Positions 21,443 through 32,109 of a DNA stretch of 64,000 nt are shown piece after piece (positions within the stretch are counted from its first letter, which is position 1; each line of letters starts with the position of its first letter). The notes below the pieces were generated by a model, which saw nothing but the letters and a program-made list of their open reading frames with translations, made no database searches and was not told the origin of the DNA. The DNA comes from Cyanobacteria bacterium auto_48_18 (GTDB lineage Bacteria; Cyanobacteriota; Vampirovibrionia; Obscuribacterales; Obscuribacteraceae): NCBI GenBank assembly GCA_036170915.1, contig JAVHQC010000016.1:69527-133526 (forward strand), read 5' to 3'. The translations under genes were made by a program, and so were the position numbers.

Positions 21443-22522
21443 ATGAAAAATTTGAAAAATTACAGCCGGTACGTTGCTTTAAGCATTATAGCCCTCGGTG
21501 CTGGCCTCTACCTAAACCCGAATACTGCTGCCGCGTCGCCTGGCCTTATAGACGGTCGCGATGTGCGTACAAACATTGATAATTTGACCAGGCAAGTGCT
21601 GTGGTTCAGCAATTTGAGAGACGCTCAAGACTCAGCCCGGCAGAAAAACAGGCCTGTGCTCTGGGTGCACATGTTGGGGCAAATTGAGGGTGCCACGTGA
21701 AGTGCCGGCAATAGCCTGAGAGCCGTGTCGCTCTCAACACCTTCAGTAATCAACTACTTAAAAAGCAATTATGTCTGCGGCACTCGCGATATTACCGGTG
21801 AGCCTTATGCCGGTATTTCTGGTCGCCATGAAATTAACGGCAATGCAGTCAACACCACTAATGGTGCGGGTCCTCACAACATTCAAATGTTTGTGTTGGC
21901 AGCTGACGGCACAGTGCTTCATTGCCTGCCAGGTTACTGGGCAAGTCAGGATTTAATCGAAGAATTACAGTTTGCCCAGCAGCTTAACTCTGTCTGGCAA
22001 TCGAATACATCTATAGAAAATAAACGTCGTCTTTTCACTTCAATGCAGTTAGCTCACATCAATAAGCATTCACCAGCTATGGTGGCACGCAGTCAGATGC
22101 AAAGCTTTGACCAGAAATACGAAGCGCGCACAAGGCTCGGTACTTCCGATACCATTTTAGATCAGGCTTTAGCGGCACAATCGCTGGAGATGGGCGGCAA
22201 GATGGCTCGCGGAGCTTTCAAAACCACCGATGTGATTATGCATGAACGCATGGCGAAAAGGCCATTTTTGCCCTATCAACAATTTGATGTCATGGCTTTT
22301 TCCGATTATGGTAAGCCCAAGTACGACAAACATGAAGACTACCGCGACGCCCGGGGCATGGTAGACAAACAAGCGGCTCGCAACGCCCCTGAGCTGGGTG
22401 CAAAAGCGGTGGCAACTAGTTCAGCATCAGGCGGCAAGATCAGACCGGCAATGTATATGGCCAGGCATGGCATCAGAACATACGGACAGGCCGGTCGCAA
22501 CTTACGCAATTCGGGCTATTAA
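21443..22522 (+). CDS. Predicted exported selenoprotein, thioredoxin-like fold, SelN-like Sec motif (TGA 21698-21700 = Sec86)
   Basis: ORFs 21419-21700 and 21725-22522 share one frame with only this TGA between them. The joined sequence [47 protein letters not shown] puts the TGA at the Trx redox position. SECIS-like hairpin follows; selC is in the window. Confidence 0.8.
21698..21745 (+). promoter_or_regulatory. Bacterial SECIS-like element
   Basis: Perfect 7-bp stem TGAGAGC(21717-21723)/GCTCTCA(21730-21736), loop CGTGTC with G at position 2, 23 nt after the UGA; possible lower stem TGAAG/CTTCA (21741-21745). Confidence 0.7.
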
Positions 22523-22536
22523 GCTTTAGGTCTAAT

Positions 22537-25491
22537 TTAAGCTTTAGAGCGGCGGCAGAACAACAGGCGTCCTTTTTCCGGATCATCTAACTGCGAGCGC
22601 AGCCAGCTGTGTCTTTGCTGGTGGCAGCTGAATAGAATAATTTGATGTTCTTTGGCAATGACGTTAATGAGAAAACGCATCATTTTTAAGAAGCGATCAT
22701 CGTCCGCCTCAGAAAAAGGCTCGTCCATAATAATCGGCAGCGAATTTTTCTGAGAAAGATAACGAGCCACGATCATGCGAGCCAGCCAGTGCAGCTGCTC
22801 TTTTGTGCCCATAGAAAGCTGGCTCATAATCTGCGCCGAAGAAATTTCTTCAGTTTGATTCTTGCGTTTTGCCACCAGACGCAGTTGGTCATCAAAGCGC
22901 ACTTCTTCGTAATCAAGCCCTAATTTGCTCAGCATTTCTTTGCCAATATTGTTGAGATTGGTAGACCAGTCAACATAATTCTCGCCGCTCAAGCGCTTAA
23001 GTGTGTCTCTAGCCATCTCTAAAGCAATTTTGGCGCGCTTCGCCCCCTGCAAACGAAATTCTGTTAAATCTAGTTCTTCCAGACAGGAGAGATACTGCTC
23101 ATCGCAGGTGGCTGAGAGCGTGCGCACGCGCATTAAAAGCTCTTCGCGCTCTTCCTTAAGACCTTCAACTTTTTTGATGTCTTGTGGTGCTTCTTCCCCT
23201 TCAGCTTCTTTTTCTTCTTCGCTCAGAGGCGGCATAGATTCGATGCCTGGATATTGCGAACGCAGAGCATCAAGCTGTTGAATGACGCGTGATTGGTAAT
23301 CTTCAAGGCTTTTAATCAGTGGTGGCAGTTCGGTAATTGGCGAGCCGCTTTCATGTTCAAGACGATTGAGTTCGTTTGACAAATTCATCCAGTCAGAATA
23401 GGCATTCAATCTCTTGCTGACTTGCTCTAAACCTTTGGCTAGCTCGCCGGGTGAGCTAATATCTAAATTGATGCCGACTTTGCCCAGCAGGTTAACGAGG
23501 GCTTGTTCTGTGTCCTCAATTTCTTCTTGCAGCTGCGAAAGTTTTCTGGTGGAAGTACCAGCGTCTTGAAACTCTTGTTCCAAAGTCTTGGCCTCTTCCA
23601 TATAACCTGAAAGACCCTGGCTCAGTTGCTTAGCTGTGGCGGCACTGAGCTCTGCGTCTAATTTACCGGAGCGTGCCACAAAGACTGAAAGATCGGCCTT
23701 ATAACGATTGAGAGTGGCCATGCGCTGTTCATACATCTGGTCGAGCAGATCCAGCTCTTTCAATTTTGCTGCCTGCACTGCATATTGATCAAGACGTGAC
23801 AAAAGATCGGTTCGTGAAGTAAGGCCAACTTTGCGAGCCAGGGTGTCGAGCTTTAATTCTAAAGCGGCCACTTTAGTGTGATTAGTCTCGGCATCGGCTG
23901 TGATTGCCGCTGTTTCTTTTTCGATGGCAACAAAATCGGCGGCGAACAATCTTTCTGGTTTAAATACGGGAATAGCCAGGAAGGCCGAACCGATCAGACC
24001 GAAAATTCCGAGGATAGACAAAACGGGCGTAATAAATGCCGCTTGCTTGACGGTCACCCACAAAATAAAGGCAGCCACCAGAACAATTATTGAAATCATA
24101 CCGAGGAGCATAAAGAGCTTGCGCCGCTTATTAAGCTCTTCTTTGCGCTTGTTTTCAAATTCAGTGTGTTTAGCGCGTGATTGATGTAATTTTTTTTCTG
24201 CTTCTAAAATTTGATCTTGAAAAACTACTATCAATGAATTGTATGAGCGGGCGTTTTCGATTCCTTCCGCTTCCAGAGATTGCATCGATTGGCGCACAGC
24301 TACCAGATCTTGCTCACTTCCGGCATCGGTAAGCTTTTCCAATTCGACTTTGCGTTTTGCAGTCAGGCCTTCCAGTTCGTTTTCAGCATTTGTCATGCTG
24401 CCTGCCAGTGAAGCTACTTGCTGTACTTCATCAATGGTGAAAGTATCAAGACCCTTTGAGCGGCTCAACAAGTCTGCTTTCTTTTCTTCATACAACATTT
24501 GTTGTGGTGAAAGGTCACGCTTGATGCGTTCGATTTCTTCGGCTTTATTGTTGCGGCGCTCCCACAATTCTTCAATTGGTCGCTTCAGTTCTGCCGGGAA
24601 ATCTTCAACACCATCTAAGCCCCCAAGGCGCTCGCTCACTTCTTTGTGACGGGCCGAAATATCGCGCAATTTAGACAGGCGGCTTTCAGCGTCGTTGAGC
24701 TGGAATTTTAGATTCTGATATTCAGTAGCTTTAAAGCGACTATTATCACCTGAGAGCACGCGGTTAATAATCATCAAACGATCGAATGAAGCTGCCACGT
24801 CCTGGCGATCTCTTTCGTAAGCTCGAATTTTGTTTAGTAAATCTTGCCGCACAAGCTCAAGGTCGCGCACAAGATTGTCGACTTTTATTTTGCGATCGTT
24901 AATTGGCACATGCTCTAAAGTGTCGTTTAAGACACGCACTGCTTGAGTGGATGTGCCCGAAGGGCTGGCCGAGTCAGCTATGCTTTGCACCAGTGTAGCC
25001 AGGTCAGCAGCACCGCCGAAGGCGTGCTCGTCTAGTTCGCGCTGGCCCACAAAACAGGTGCTGCGAAAGAGCTCGCGGCTCATGCCGGTTAGTTTAAGGC
25101 CAATTTCGTCTTCACCATTGGGCCCTTTAAACTGAGACGTCACTTCTTGATTGTTGCGATCGCGATCAAAAACCTGAAAAGTCTTGGCGCTGAAATCGCG
25201 CTGAATTGTCAATCGCCGATCTTGCGAGTTGACGTCCATGCGAGCTGAATAGACACCACCTTTTTTCGGCCGTCTGGCTTCACGCTCGCTCAAATGCGTT
25301 GCATCACCTGCAGCCAGAGTCGCAATTTCTTCGCTGCCAAAATCGAAAATTACTGACCAGATGGCTGTCGCCATGGTGCTTTTGCCATATTCGTTGGGCT
25401 CAACCATGAGGTTGAGTTTATCTTGAGCAAACAGAACGCTCTCACCCTGTATGCCGCCGTACCCGGTTAACTCAACGCGTTCAACCCACAT
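22537..25491 (-). CDS. SMC/Rad50-like coiled-coil ATPase (YhaN/SbcC-like) with a central transmembrane hairpin
   Basis: Walker A EPNEYGKST, Q-loop FVGQ, signature LSMGTKEQ, Walker B IIMDEPF, H-loop FSCHQ; two hydrophobic helices mid coiled-coil. Confidence 0.88.
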   Translation of the reverse strand: MWVERVELTGYGGIQGESVLFAQDKLNLMVEPNEYGKSTMATAIWSVIFDFGSEEIATLAAGDATHLSEREARRPKKGGVYSARMDVNSQDRRLTIQRDFSAKTFQVFDRDRNNQEVTSQFKGPNGEDEIGLKLTGMSRELFRSTCFVGQRELDEHAFGGAADLATLVQSIADSASPSGTSTQAVRVLNDTLEHVPINDRKIKVDNLVRDLELVRQDLLNKIRAYERDRQDVAASFDRLMIINRVLSGDNSRFKATEYQNLKFQLNDAESRLSKLRDISARHKEVSERLGGLDGVEDFPAELKRPIEELWERRNNKAEEIERIKRDLSPQQMLYEEKKADLLSRSKGLDTFTIDEVQQVASLAGSMTNAENELEGLTAKRKVELEKLTDAGSEQDLVAVRQSMQSLEAEGIENARSYNSLIVVFQDQILEAEKKLHQSRAKHTEFENKRKEELNKRRKLFMLLGMISIIVLVAAFILWVTVKQAAFITPVLSILGIFGLIGSAFLAIPVFKPERLFAADFVAIEKETAAITADAETNHTKVAALELKLDTLARKVGLTSRTDLLSRLDQYAVQAAKLKELDLLDQMYEQRMATLNRYKADLSVFVARSGKLDAELSAATAKQLSQGLSGYMEEAKTLEQEFQDAGTSTRKLSQLQEEIEDTEQALVNLLGKVGINLDISSPGELAKGLEQVSKRLNAYSDWMNLSNELNRLEHESGSPITELPPLIKSLEDYQSRVIQQLDALRSQYPGIESMPPLSEEEKEAEGEEAPQDIKKVEGLKEEREELLMRVRTLSATCDEQYLSCLEELDLTEFRLQGAKRAKIALEMARDTLKRLSGENYVDWSTNLNNIGKEMLSKLGLDYEEVRFDDQLRLVAKRKNQTEEISSAQIMSQLSMGTKEQLHWLARMIVARYLSQKNSLPIIMDEPFSEADDDRFLKMMRFLINVIAKEHQIILFSCHQQRHSWLRSQLDDPEKGRLLFCRRSKA

Positions 25492-26815
25492 TTCTGACAG
25501 TTACCTTTTTAGTTCGCAATGCATCAAGACCATAATAAAGTGCGTCTTCCACTGTTTTTCCCGAAACGTCCGATCCCGGTATGCCAGTGAGGCTGTCGCC
25601 GCCAAGCTCCTGATTTTTAGAGCGTTCGGCTCTCGTTTTCATCTCCAACATCGCTTCCACATATTTCCATTCGGTGGTGCGCTGATCAAATCTTTCGGCC
25701 AGATAATTTGGCCTGGTGTTGTCCATCACACGCAAACAATAAAAATCTTGGGCTAAGCTGTCGGCAATTTCTTTGGGGGTGGCACCAGGCTTGTGGCGAC
25801 CTTCAAGGGAAAGGGCAACAATGTCGGTGTCGCTACGCACACCAGATTCTTCCAGATTTACCAAAATTTCGTCACGCATTTCATCATCACCAAGACCTGA
25901 TACATCGACAGTGACAAACATCATGCGGCGCAAATCAAGTTCTTGCGGAATCAAATTGACGGTAGATTTACCGTTGCTGTCGACTTCTACCTCACCAAGA
26001 ATGGCATAGCGTGGGCCCAGTTCGTCAAAGGTACCTCCAGCCAAACAACCGGCATAGGCGCCCAGTAACCGTTCGCCACCAGCGTCCCCGGTGGTTATCT
26101 GGTAGGCCTCTTTAATATTGCCCACAGCAGCATAAGTAAGATTTTGATTGGCCAGTTCTTCTTCTGAAAATGGATAAATCAGGGGTTTCTGCACCTGCAA
26201 GCGACTGGCGTCGGCGATTACCGACGGATGCGATTCGAGAGTACCAGCAAAAACGCCGATATTAATTGCTGCTTTGGCCAGCTTGGGCAATTTGCCAGAC
26301 AAAATGCGTTCAGTGCGGCGGGATGCTTTGGAAAATGCTCGACCGACAAAGGCCACGTCACCACGAGTAGGGTGAGCTACAGAGGTGAAATGTTCGCTGG
26401 TGAAAATATGCACATTGGCCGGCCAGTGCCGGTAGCCTCGAGCGGAGAGCATATCATTGGTATAAAGGCAGCTTCTGGTGTAAAAATCGCGATGGCCAGG
26501 GGCTATATAAACAGGAATGTTTCCCAGTGATGCCACCGCTTCAACTAAAGTGTTGACGGTATAACCAGTGACGGTGACGTTATCCCACAGACCACCAGGT
26601 ATTAGCACCGCGTCTACTTTTTCTTGCTTGGCCAGCGCAAAGGCATTGATGGTGGCTTCTAAAATTTCGCGCGCGCGCTCACTGCGCTCTTCTCTCGGCA
26701 GGGCAAAATGGCTATGAGAAAAACCGCTATTGGCCATGCCGGCGTGAGTAAGTTTTGAATCCAACAGCACGTCCGAAAACTGTAGAAATTTTAGTTTGCT
26801 AACTGCCTGTGTCAT
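25481..26815 (-). CDS. Mre11/SbcD (YhaO-like) phosphoesterase homologue with degenerate catalytic motifs
   Basis: Fold-positioned motifs FSDVLLD, IPGGLWD, APGHRD, FAGT, AVGNIK; overlaps the start of the SMC gene. Confidence 0.8.
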   Translation of the reverse strand: MTQAVSKLKFLQFSDVLLDSKLTHAGMANSGFSHSHFALPREERSERAREILEATINAFALAKQEKVDAVLIPGGLWDNVTVTGYTVNTLVEAVASLGNIPVYIAPGHRDFYTRSCLYTNDMLSARGYRHWPANVHIFTSEHFTSVAHPTRGDVAFVGRAFSKASRRTERILSGKLPKLAKAAINIGVFAGTLESHPSVIADASRLQVQKPLIYPFSEEELANQNLTYAAVGNIKEAYQITTGDAGGERLLGAYAGCLAGGTFDELGPRYAILGEVEVDSNGKSTVNLIPQELDLRRMMFVTVDVSGLGDDEMRDEILVNLEESGVRSDTDIVALSLEGRHKPGATPKEIADSLAQDFYCLRVMDNTRPNYLAERFDQRTTEWKYVEAMLEMKTRAERSKNQELGGDSLTGIPGSDVSGKTVEDALYYGLDALRTKKVTVRNVG

Positions 26816-26843
26816 GTTTCTTTTGCTCTTCTCAATTTCTATA

Positions 26844-26892
26844 CTTTCAAACTTTCAAACTTTCAAACTTTCAAATTTCAAACTTCAAACTT

Positions 26893-26897
<5 letters not shown>
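26844..26897. repeat. Tandem octamer repeat (CTTTCAAA)x4 plus degenerate units
   Basis: CTTTCAAA x4 (26844-26875), then TTTCAAA, CTTCAAA, CTTCTAGA. Confidence 0.95.
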
Positions 26898-28119
<1,222 letters not shown>

Positions 28120-28133
28120 ATTACTTTCGGTCC

Positions 28134-30080
28134 TTATTTGGTCAGCCAGGTTTCGTTGTCTTCGGCAAGCACTGCCAGAGTAGTAGCAGGTGTTGTCAGA
28201 TTGGCTGCAGCCGCCCTTCTGATTTCAGGATTTTTGTCTTGCGCCAAAAGGGTGAGCGTTTCGGCCGAGGCTGACGGATTTCCTGCTGCTCGGGCTCTTA
28301 CAAGGGCCTGATCGTCCAGGGCCAGCGCTTTTAGTAAGTCGGCGCTGATTACGCGGTTTCCAGCACAAGCTGCTCTGACATATTGACTCTTATCGCTGGC
28401 CAATATCTTTAAGGTTTCCGGGCTTAATTTGCCTTGCGCCGCCACCTGACTGCGTAAGCTAGGATCAGCGTCTTTAGCCAACATAGCTAGCACCGATGGT
28501 GAGGTTTGAGCACGACCAGCCAAAATAAATTTGATCTCTTCGGCAGCAGTCAGTTTAGCCAGTGCTACTTCAGGTAAATCACGCCTTTGTAAAAGCGCCC
28601 GGCGAATAGCGGCGCAATCGCTGTTAACCAGAGCCATCAATGTTTCACCGGCAATATTAGGATTGGCAGCCAGAGCCGTTTGCACTGTAATGGCATCGTC
28701 CTGTGAAAGTGTGGTTAATGTGGTGGCGGGCACTTTAGCATTAACAGCCAGAGCTTCGCGCACCAGAGCATCATGATCTTTAGATAGAGCGATGAAGACT
28801 TCTTCGCTCACTTTAGCCCGAGCATTGTGAGCTAAAGAAGCACGTACGCGTGCGTCTTGGTCTTGTGCCAAAATTTTGATCACGCTCTCGCTCAAAGCCG
28901 GATTATTGGCCAGATTAAGCCGTACGAGAGGGCTTGTGCAAGCAGCGAGCTTTTCATAGTCAGCTGCTTCGAGGACAGGTTGGGCAGCTAAAATTTGCAT
29001 CACGGCGATAGTGCTGTCGCCCATCATAGATTTGATGGTTTCTGCTCTAGTATTGCTGTTAAGAGCTACGGCGCAACGTACTGCCGCAGAAGAATCTTTA
29101 GCAAGAGTATTTAAAATTGTGGCATCAATATTTGGATTAGCAGCAGCCAGGGCTCTCACTGTTTCGTTTTGATCTTTAGCCAGAGAGCCAATCACGGCTG
29201 CTTCACTGGTGTAGTTGCCGGCCACAGCTTGCCTTACATCTTGATGGCTGTCGCCTGCCAGTTTTGCCAGCGTCGCTTTGCTAGTCGCTTGATTCAGGGC
29301 CACCGCTTCACGCACAATTGTGTTGGCGTCTTTAGCGAGCAAATCAAGCAAAGTCGGCGGACAATTAGGATTGGCCGCCACCATGGAGCGCACGCCCAGA
29401 TCGCCGTCATTGGCTAAAGCGACAAAACATGGCTCTGGAAGCTTGGCCGATCTCGCTAGAAAAGTACGCACCAGACGGTCACCGATGCGCACCAGGCGAG
29501 TGGTCACTTCTGGGCCACTGTTAGGATTGCGCGCCAGTGAGAGCAATAAATATTCTGTGTAGATGGGCCCTTGTGAAAGTTTAGCCAGTATCGCTGGTGG
29601 TGTGTTTTCATTGGCGGCCAGTGTCTCGCGAATGCGCGGGGTGGAGGCTGCCAGTAGTTTATCCAGGGTGCTCAAGTTGGGCAGGCTGCTAGATTTGAGC
29701 AGTGATTCAACTACTGTTTGATCGCTATCTACCGCTAATTTTTCTTTTAGCTCTTCGCTCAATTTAGGATTGGACGCCACAGCCCGGCGTACAAAACTGC
29801 TTGAATCGAGAGCTAACTTGGCAAGCGATGCTGGTGGAGTACTAGGGTTGGCAGCGGCAGCGATTTTCACGGCAGCCAGAGGAAAAGTATCAATTGTCAC
29901 TGAGTTAGACGATTTGCGCACTCCGAGCAAGTCGGTTTCGTTCGCGCTTTGACCTTGCACCGGAAGATTAGCGGAGAAACTTAGAGGAATAAGGCAGCAG
30001 ATTAATCCAGTGCTGAAAGAGCGGAAGGCAATTTCACTCAGTGTGCTTCCCTTTTCTCTTTTGCTGTCATCCTCTCTCAA
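28134..30080 (-). CDS. LRV/HEAT-like repeat protein (about 24-aa helical repeats), possibly exported
   Basis: Many units of the form L..LA.D....VR.AVA.NP; hydrophobic N-terminal segment; start uncertain. Confidence 0.8.
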   Translation of the reverse strand: MREDDSKREKGSTLSEIAFRSFSTGLICCLIPLSFSANLPVQGQSANETDLLGVRKSSNSVTIDTFPLAAVKIAAAANPSTPPASLAKLALDSSSFVRRAVASNPKLSEELKEKLAVDSDQTVVESLLKSSSLPNLSTLDKLLAASTPRIRETLAANENTPPAILAKLSQGPIYTEYLLLSLARNPNSGPEVTTRLVRIGDRLVRTFLARSAKLPEPCFVALANDGDLGVRSMVAANPNCPPTLLDLLAKDANTIVREAVALNQATSKATLAKLAGDSHQDVRQAVAGNYTSEAAVIGSLAKDQNETVRALAAANPNIDATILNTLAKDSSAAVRCAVALNSNTRAETIKSMMGDSTIAVMQILAAQPVLEAADYEKLAACTSPLVRLNLANNPALSESVIKILAQDQDARVRASLAHNARAKVSEEVFIALSKDHDALVREALAVNAKVPATTLTTLSQDDAITVQTALAANPNIAGETLMALVNSDCAAIRRALLQRRDLPEVALAKLTAAEEIKFILAGRAQTSPSVLAMLAKDADPSLRSQVAAQGKLSPETLKILASDKSQYVRAACAGNRVISADLLKALALDDQALVRARAAGNPSASAETLTLLAQDKNPEIRRAAAANLTTPATTLAVLAEDNETWLTK

Positions 30081-30131
30081 ACTAATTTCCTTTATAAATG
30101 CGACAAGTAATAAACGATTAGAGAAGTCTGC

Positions 30132-31997
30132 TTAACCAGCGTTGTGAACCTCACGAATAATGGTGAGAAGCATATTGCGATCAAGTTCTTGAGTGGCGTA
30201 CTCTATATATTTGACTTGCCAGTCTTCTAAATCTTGCAGCACCACCGACAGTGACGTGCCCGCTGATCTGGCAGCGGCCATGTCGACACCAACGTCCGCC
30301 TGCCTTGAAAGAATAAAAACCCGCGCTCGTCCTGAATAGCCCAGGGTGTCACGCAGCGAAAGGCGCAAGAATGCCTCGGAGCGCTCGACACCGATGGTTT
30401 CTGTAATGCGCTTAACCAGAGTTTGGAATTTAGTTAGCGGTCCAAACAGGTCAACTGTAGGTACAGTAACGAGTTCATAGGAAAGTAATCTGTCGATGGC
30501 CGCCGCAGCGTCTGATGTTGTTACGTCGCCTAAGTTGCGAATAACCAGAGCAATTGAATGCAAACCGTCCAGGGCGTTCCACAAGCGCCGCATCATGGCG
30601 CGCTCAGTGGCTGAGAGCACAAATTTTTCTTTGGGATCGGTGAGAGTTTCGTCCGCCAGATGATTTTTTGGATCTGGTAATTTCTCCAAAACCGAATCGG
30701 CCGCTTTTGGTAATTTCTTCCAGGTCACTTCAGTGTTATCGGCAGCCAGTGCGGCGTCAAGAAGAAGTTTGTCTAAGGCCTTTGAGACTTTGCATATGTC
30801 TTTAGCCAGGTCGGCTGGAGGGGTGCGTTGCACAAAAACGAAAATTCCTTGTTTCCATGCCGAGGCAAATTCGGTCACCGCCTTATTGCCCATAATTTTG
30901 CCCAGTTTGGCGTGCGAAATTTTTCCTACTTCAAACAGAGCTCTGAATTGCATGTCTCGATATTCAACCGACAGCACACCAGTTTCGCGGTTGGTGGCAA
31001 GGTTTTGCAAAAGGTTGGAAGGATCGGTTGAACCCAGGTGCCCAACCAGAGACTGTACTTTATCGTCTTCCCCGGCTACAGAGCCCAGTTTGACATTGTC
31101 TTTCTCTTCGTTCTGGCCGTAGAAGGCCTGGTCTTGTAGAGCAATTTCAAGCTGGCGACTGGTGAGAATCTGTTTTTTCACCGCCAGTGTGCCCAGGGCT
31201 ACTTTTTGCTTAGCCGGCATAGAGTTGAGTTCCATCATCATTTCGTCGAGCTGAGACTTTGATACCAGCCCTGAAGCAAGAAAATATTCTTTGATCGTGA
31301 ATGGAGTCTTGGTTTTAAAGCAATTGACTAAAAATGGAATTTTAGGAAAGACCGGATAAATAGATTTTTCCTGCTCAAGCTCTTTCATGCGCTCGAGAAA
31401 TTCTGATTCGGATATGCGCCCACCGGCCACGAGTTTGTTGCTCAGTGCCACCACTGGTGAATAGTTGTCTACCGCGGCTAAAAGCAGATTGCGGCGGTGA
31501 TGTTTATCCATGTTGATTTTTAAGTCAAGACCATGGCTCGTTAGCACCGGCACAATTGACATCAAAACCTGGTGAGATAAATCGGTGCTTTCTTCCACAA
31601 AAGTGGTGGCACTGCCAAGGGCGGTTTGAATAAATTTTGTCAGTGAAGGCGAATAATCAAAAAGTTCGGCATGATTATCGAAAACGTGAAATGACATGAG
31701 ACCCGTCAAAGTTTCGCGCACAATGGCTATGGCTTTGTCTGATTTGAGAAAAATCAGGGCTCCGGAAAGCTCCAGTAATCTTTCTGCCAGGCGCCCGGCT
31801 TCTACTAAAATTTCAGCCGGAAATAAATATCCGCACAAAGTCGAGTCGATGAGAATGGCGTCGTACAAGCGTTTAGACTTGCTCAGCGCGGCAATCTCAC
31901 TCAACAGTTCCGGGCCGTATTTGAGAACAATAATGTTCTGCTGCGTGGCGGAACGGTCTTTGCTATTCAGCTTGATTTCGGTTGGCTCAACCGCCAT
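30132..31997 (-). CDS. Multidomain protein with DUF4388 (PatA-N-like) domain, MshEN-like motif and possible N-terminal STAS-like domain
   Basis: GHLGSTDPSNLLQNLATNRETGVLSV..FEVGKISHA..WKQGIFVF; ALGTLAVKKQILTSRQLEIALQDQ. Confidence 0.65.
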   Translation of the reverse strand: MAVEPTEIKLNSKDRSATQQNIIVLKYGPELLSEIAALSKSKRLYDAILIDSTLCGYLFPAEILVEAGRLAERLLELSGALIFLKSDKAIAIVRETLTGLMSFHVFDNHAELFDYSPSLTKFIQTALGSATTFVEESTDLSHQVLMSIVPVLTSHGLDLKINMDKHHRRNLLLAAVDNYSPVVALSNKLVAGGRISESEFLERMKELEQEKSIYPVFPKIPFLVNCFKTKTPFTIKEYFLASGLVSKSQLDEMMMELNSMPAKQKVALGTLAVKKQILTSRQLEIALQDQAFYGQNEEKDNVKLGSVAGEDDKVQSLVGHLGSTDPSNLLQNLATNRETGVLSVEYRDMQFRALFEVGKISHAKLGKIMGNKAVTEFASAWKQGIFVFVQRTPPADLAKDICKVSKALDKLLLDAALAADNTEVTWKKLPKAADSVLEKLPDPKNHLADETLTDPKEKFVLSATERAMMRRLWNALDGLHSIALVIRNLGDVTTSDAAAAIDRLLSYELVTVPTVDLFGPLTKFQTLVKRITETIGVERSEAFLRLSLRDTLGYSGRARVFILSRQADVGVDMAAARSAGTSLSVVLQDLEDWQVKYIEYATQELDRNMLLTIIREVHNAG

Positions 31998-32109
31998 GAA
32001 AAGCTCTTCAAATGCTACGTAGTAAGGGCAGGACCGGGGTTTTATCCCCAATACCTTAACAGATTTCAGCCCCTACGTCTGCGTGGGCAATTCAATATAA
32101 GTTATACTC

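Noticed and set aside
21419..22522. Two separate genes or a nonsense pseudogene, as in the ORF track
   Set aside because: The stop is TGA at the redox position, is followed by a SECIS-like hairpin, and tRNA-Sec is present; Sec readthrough explains the data better
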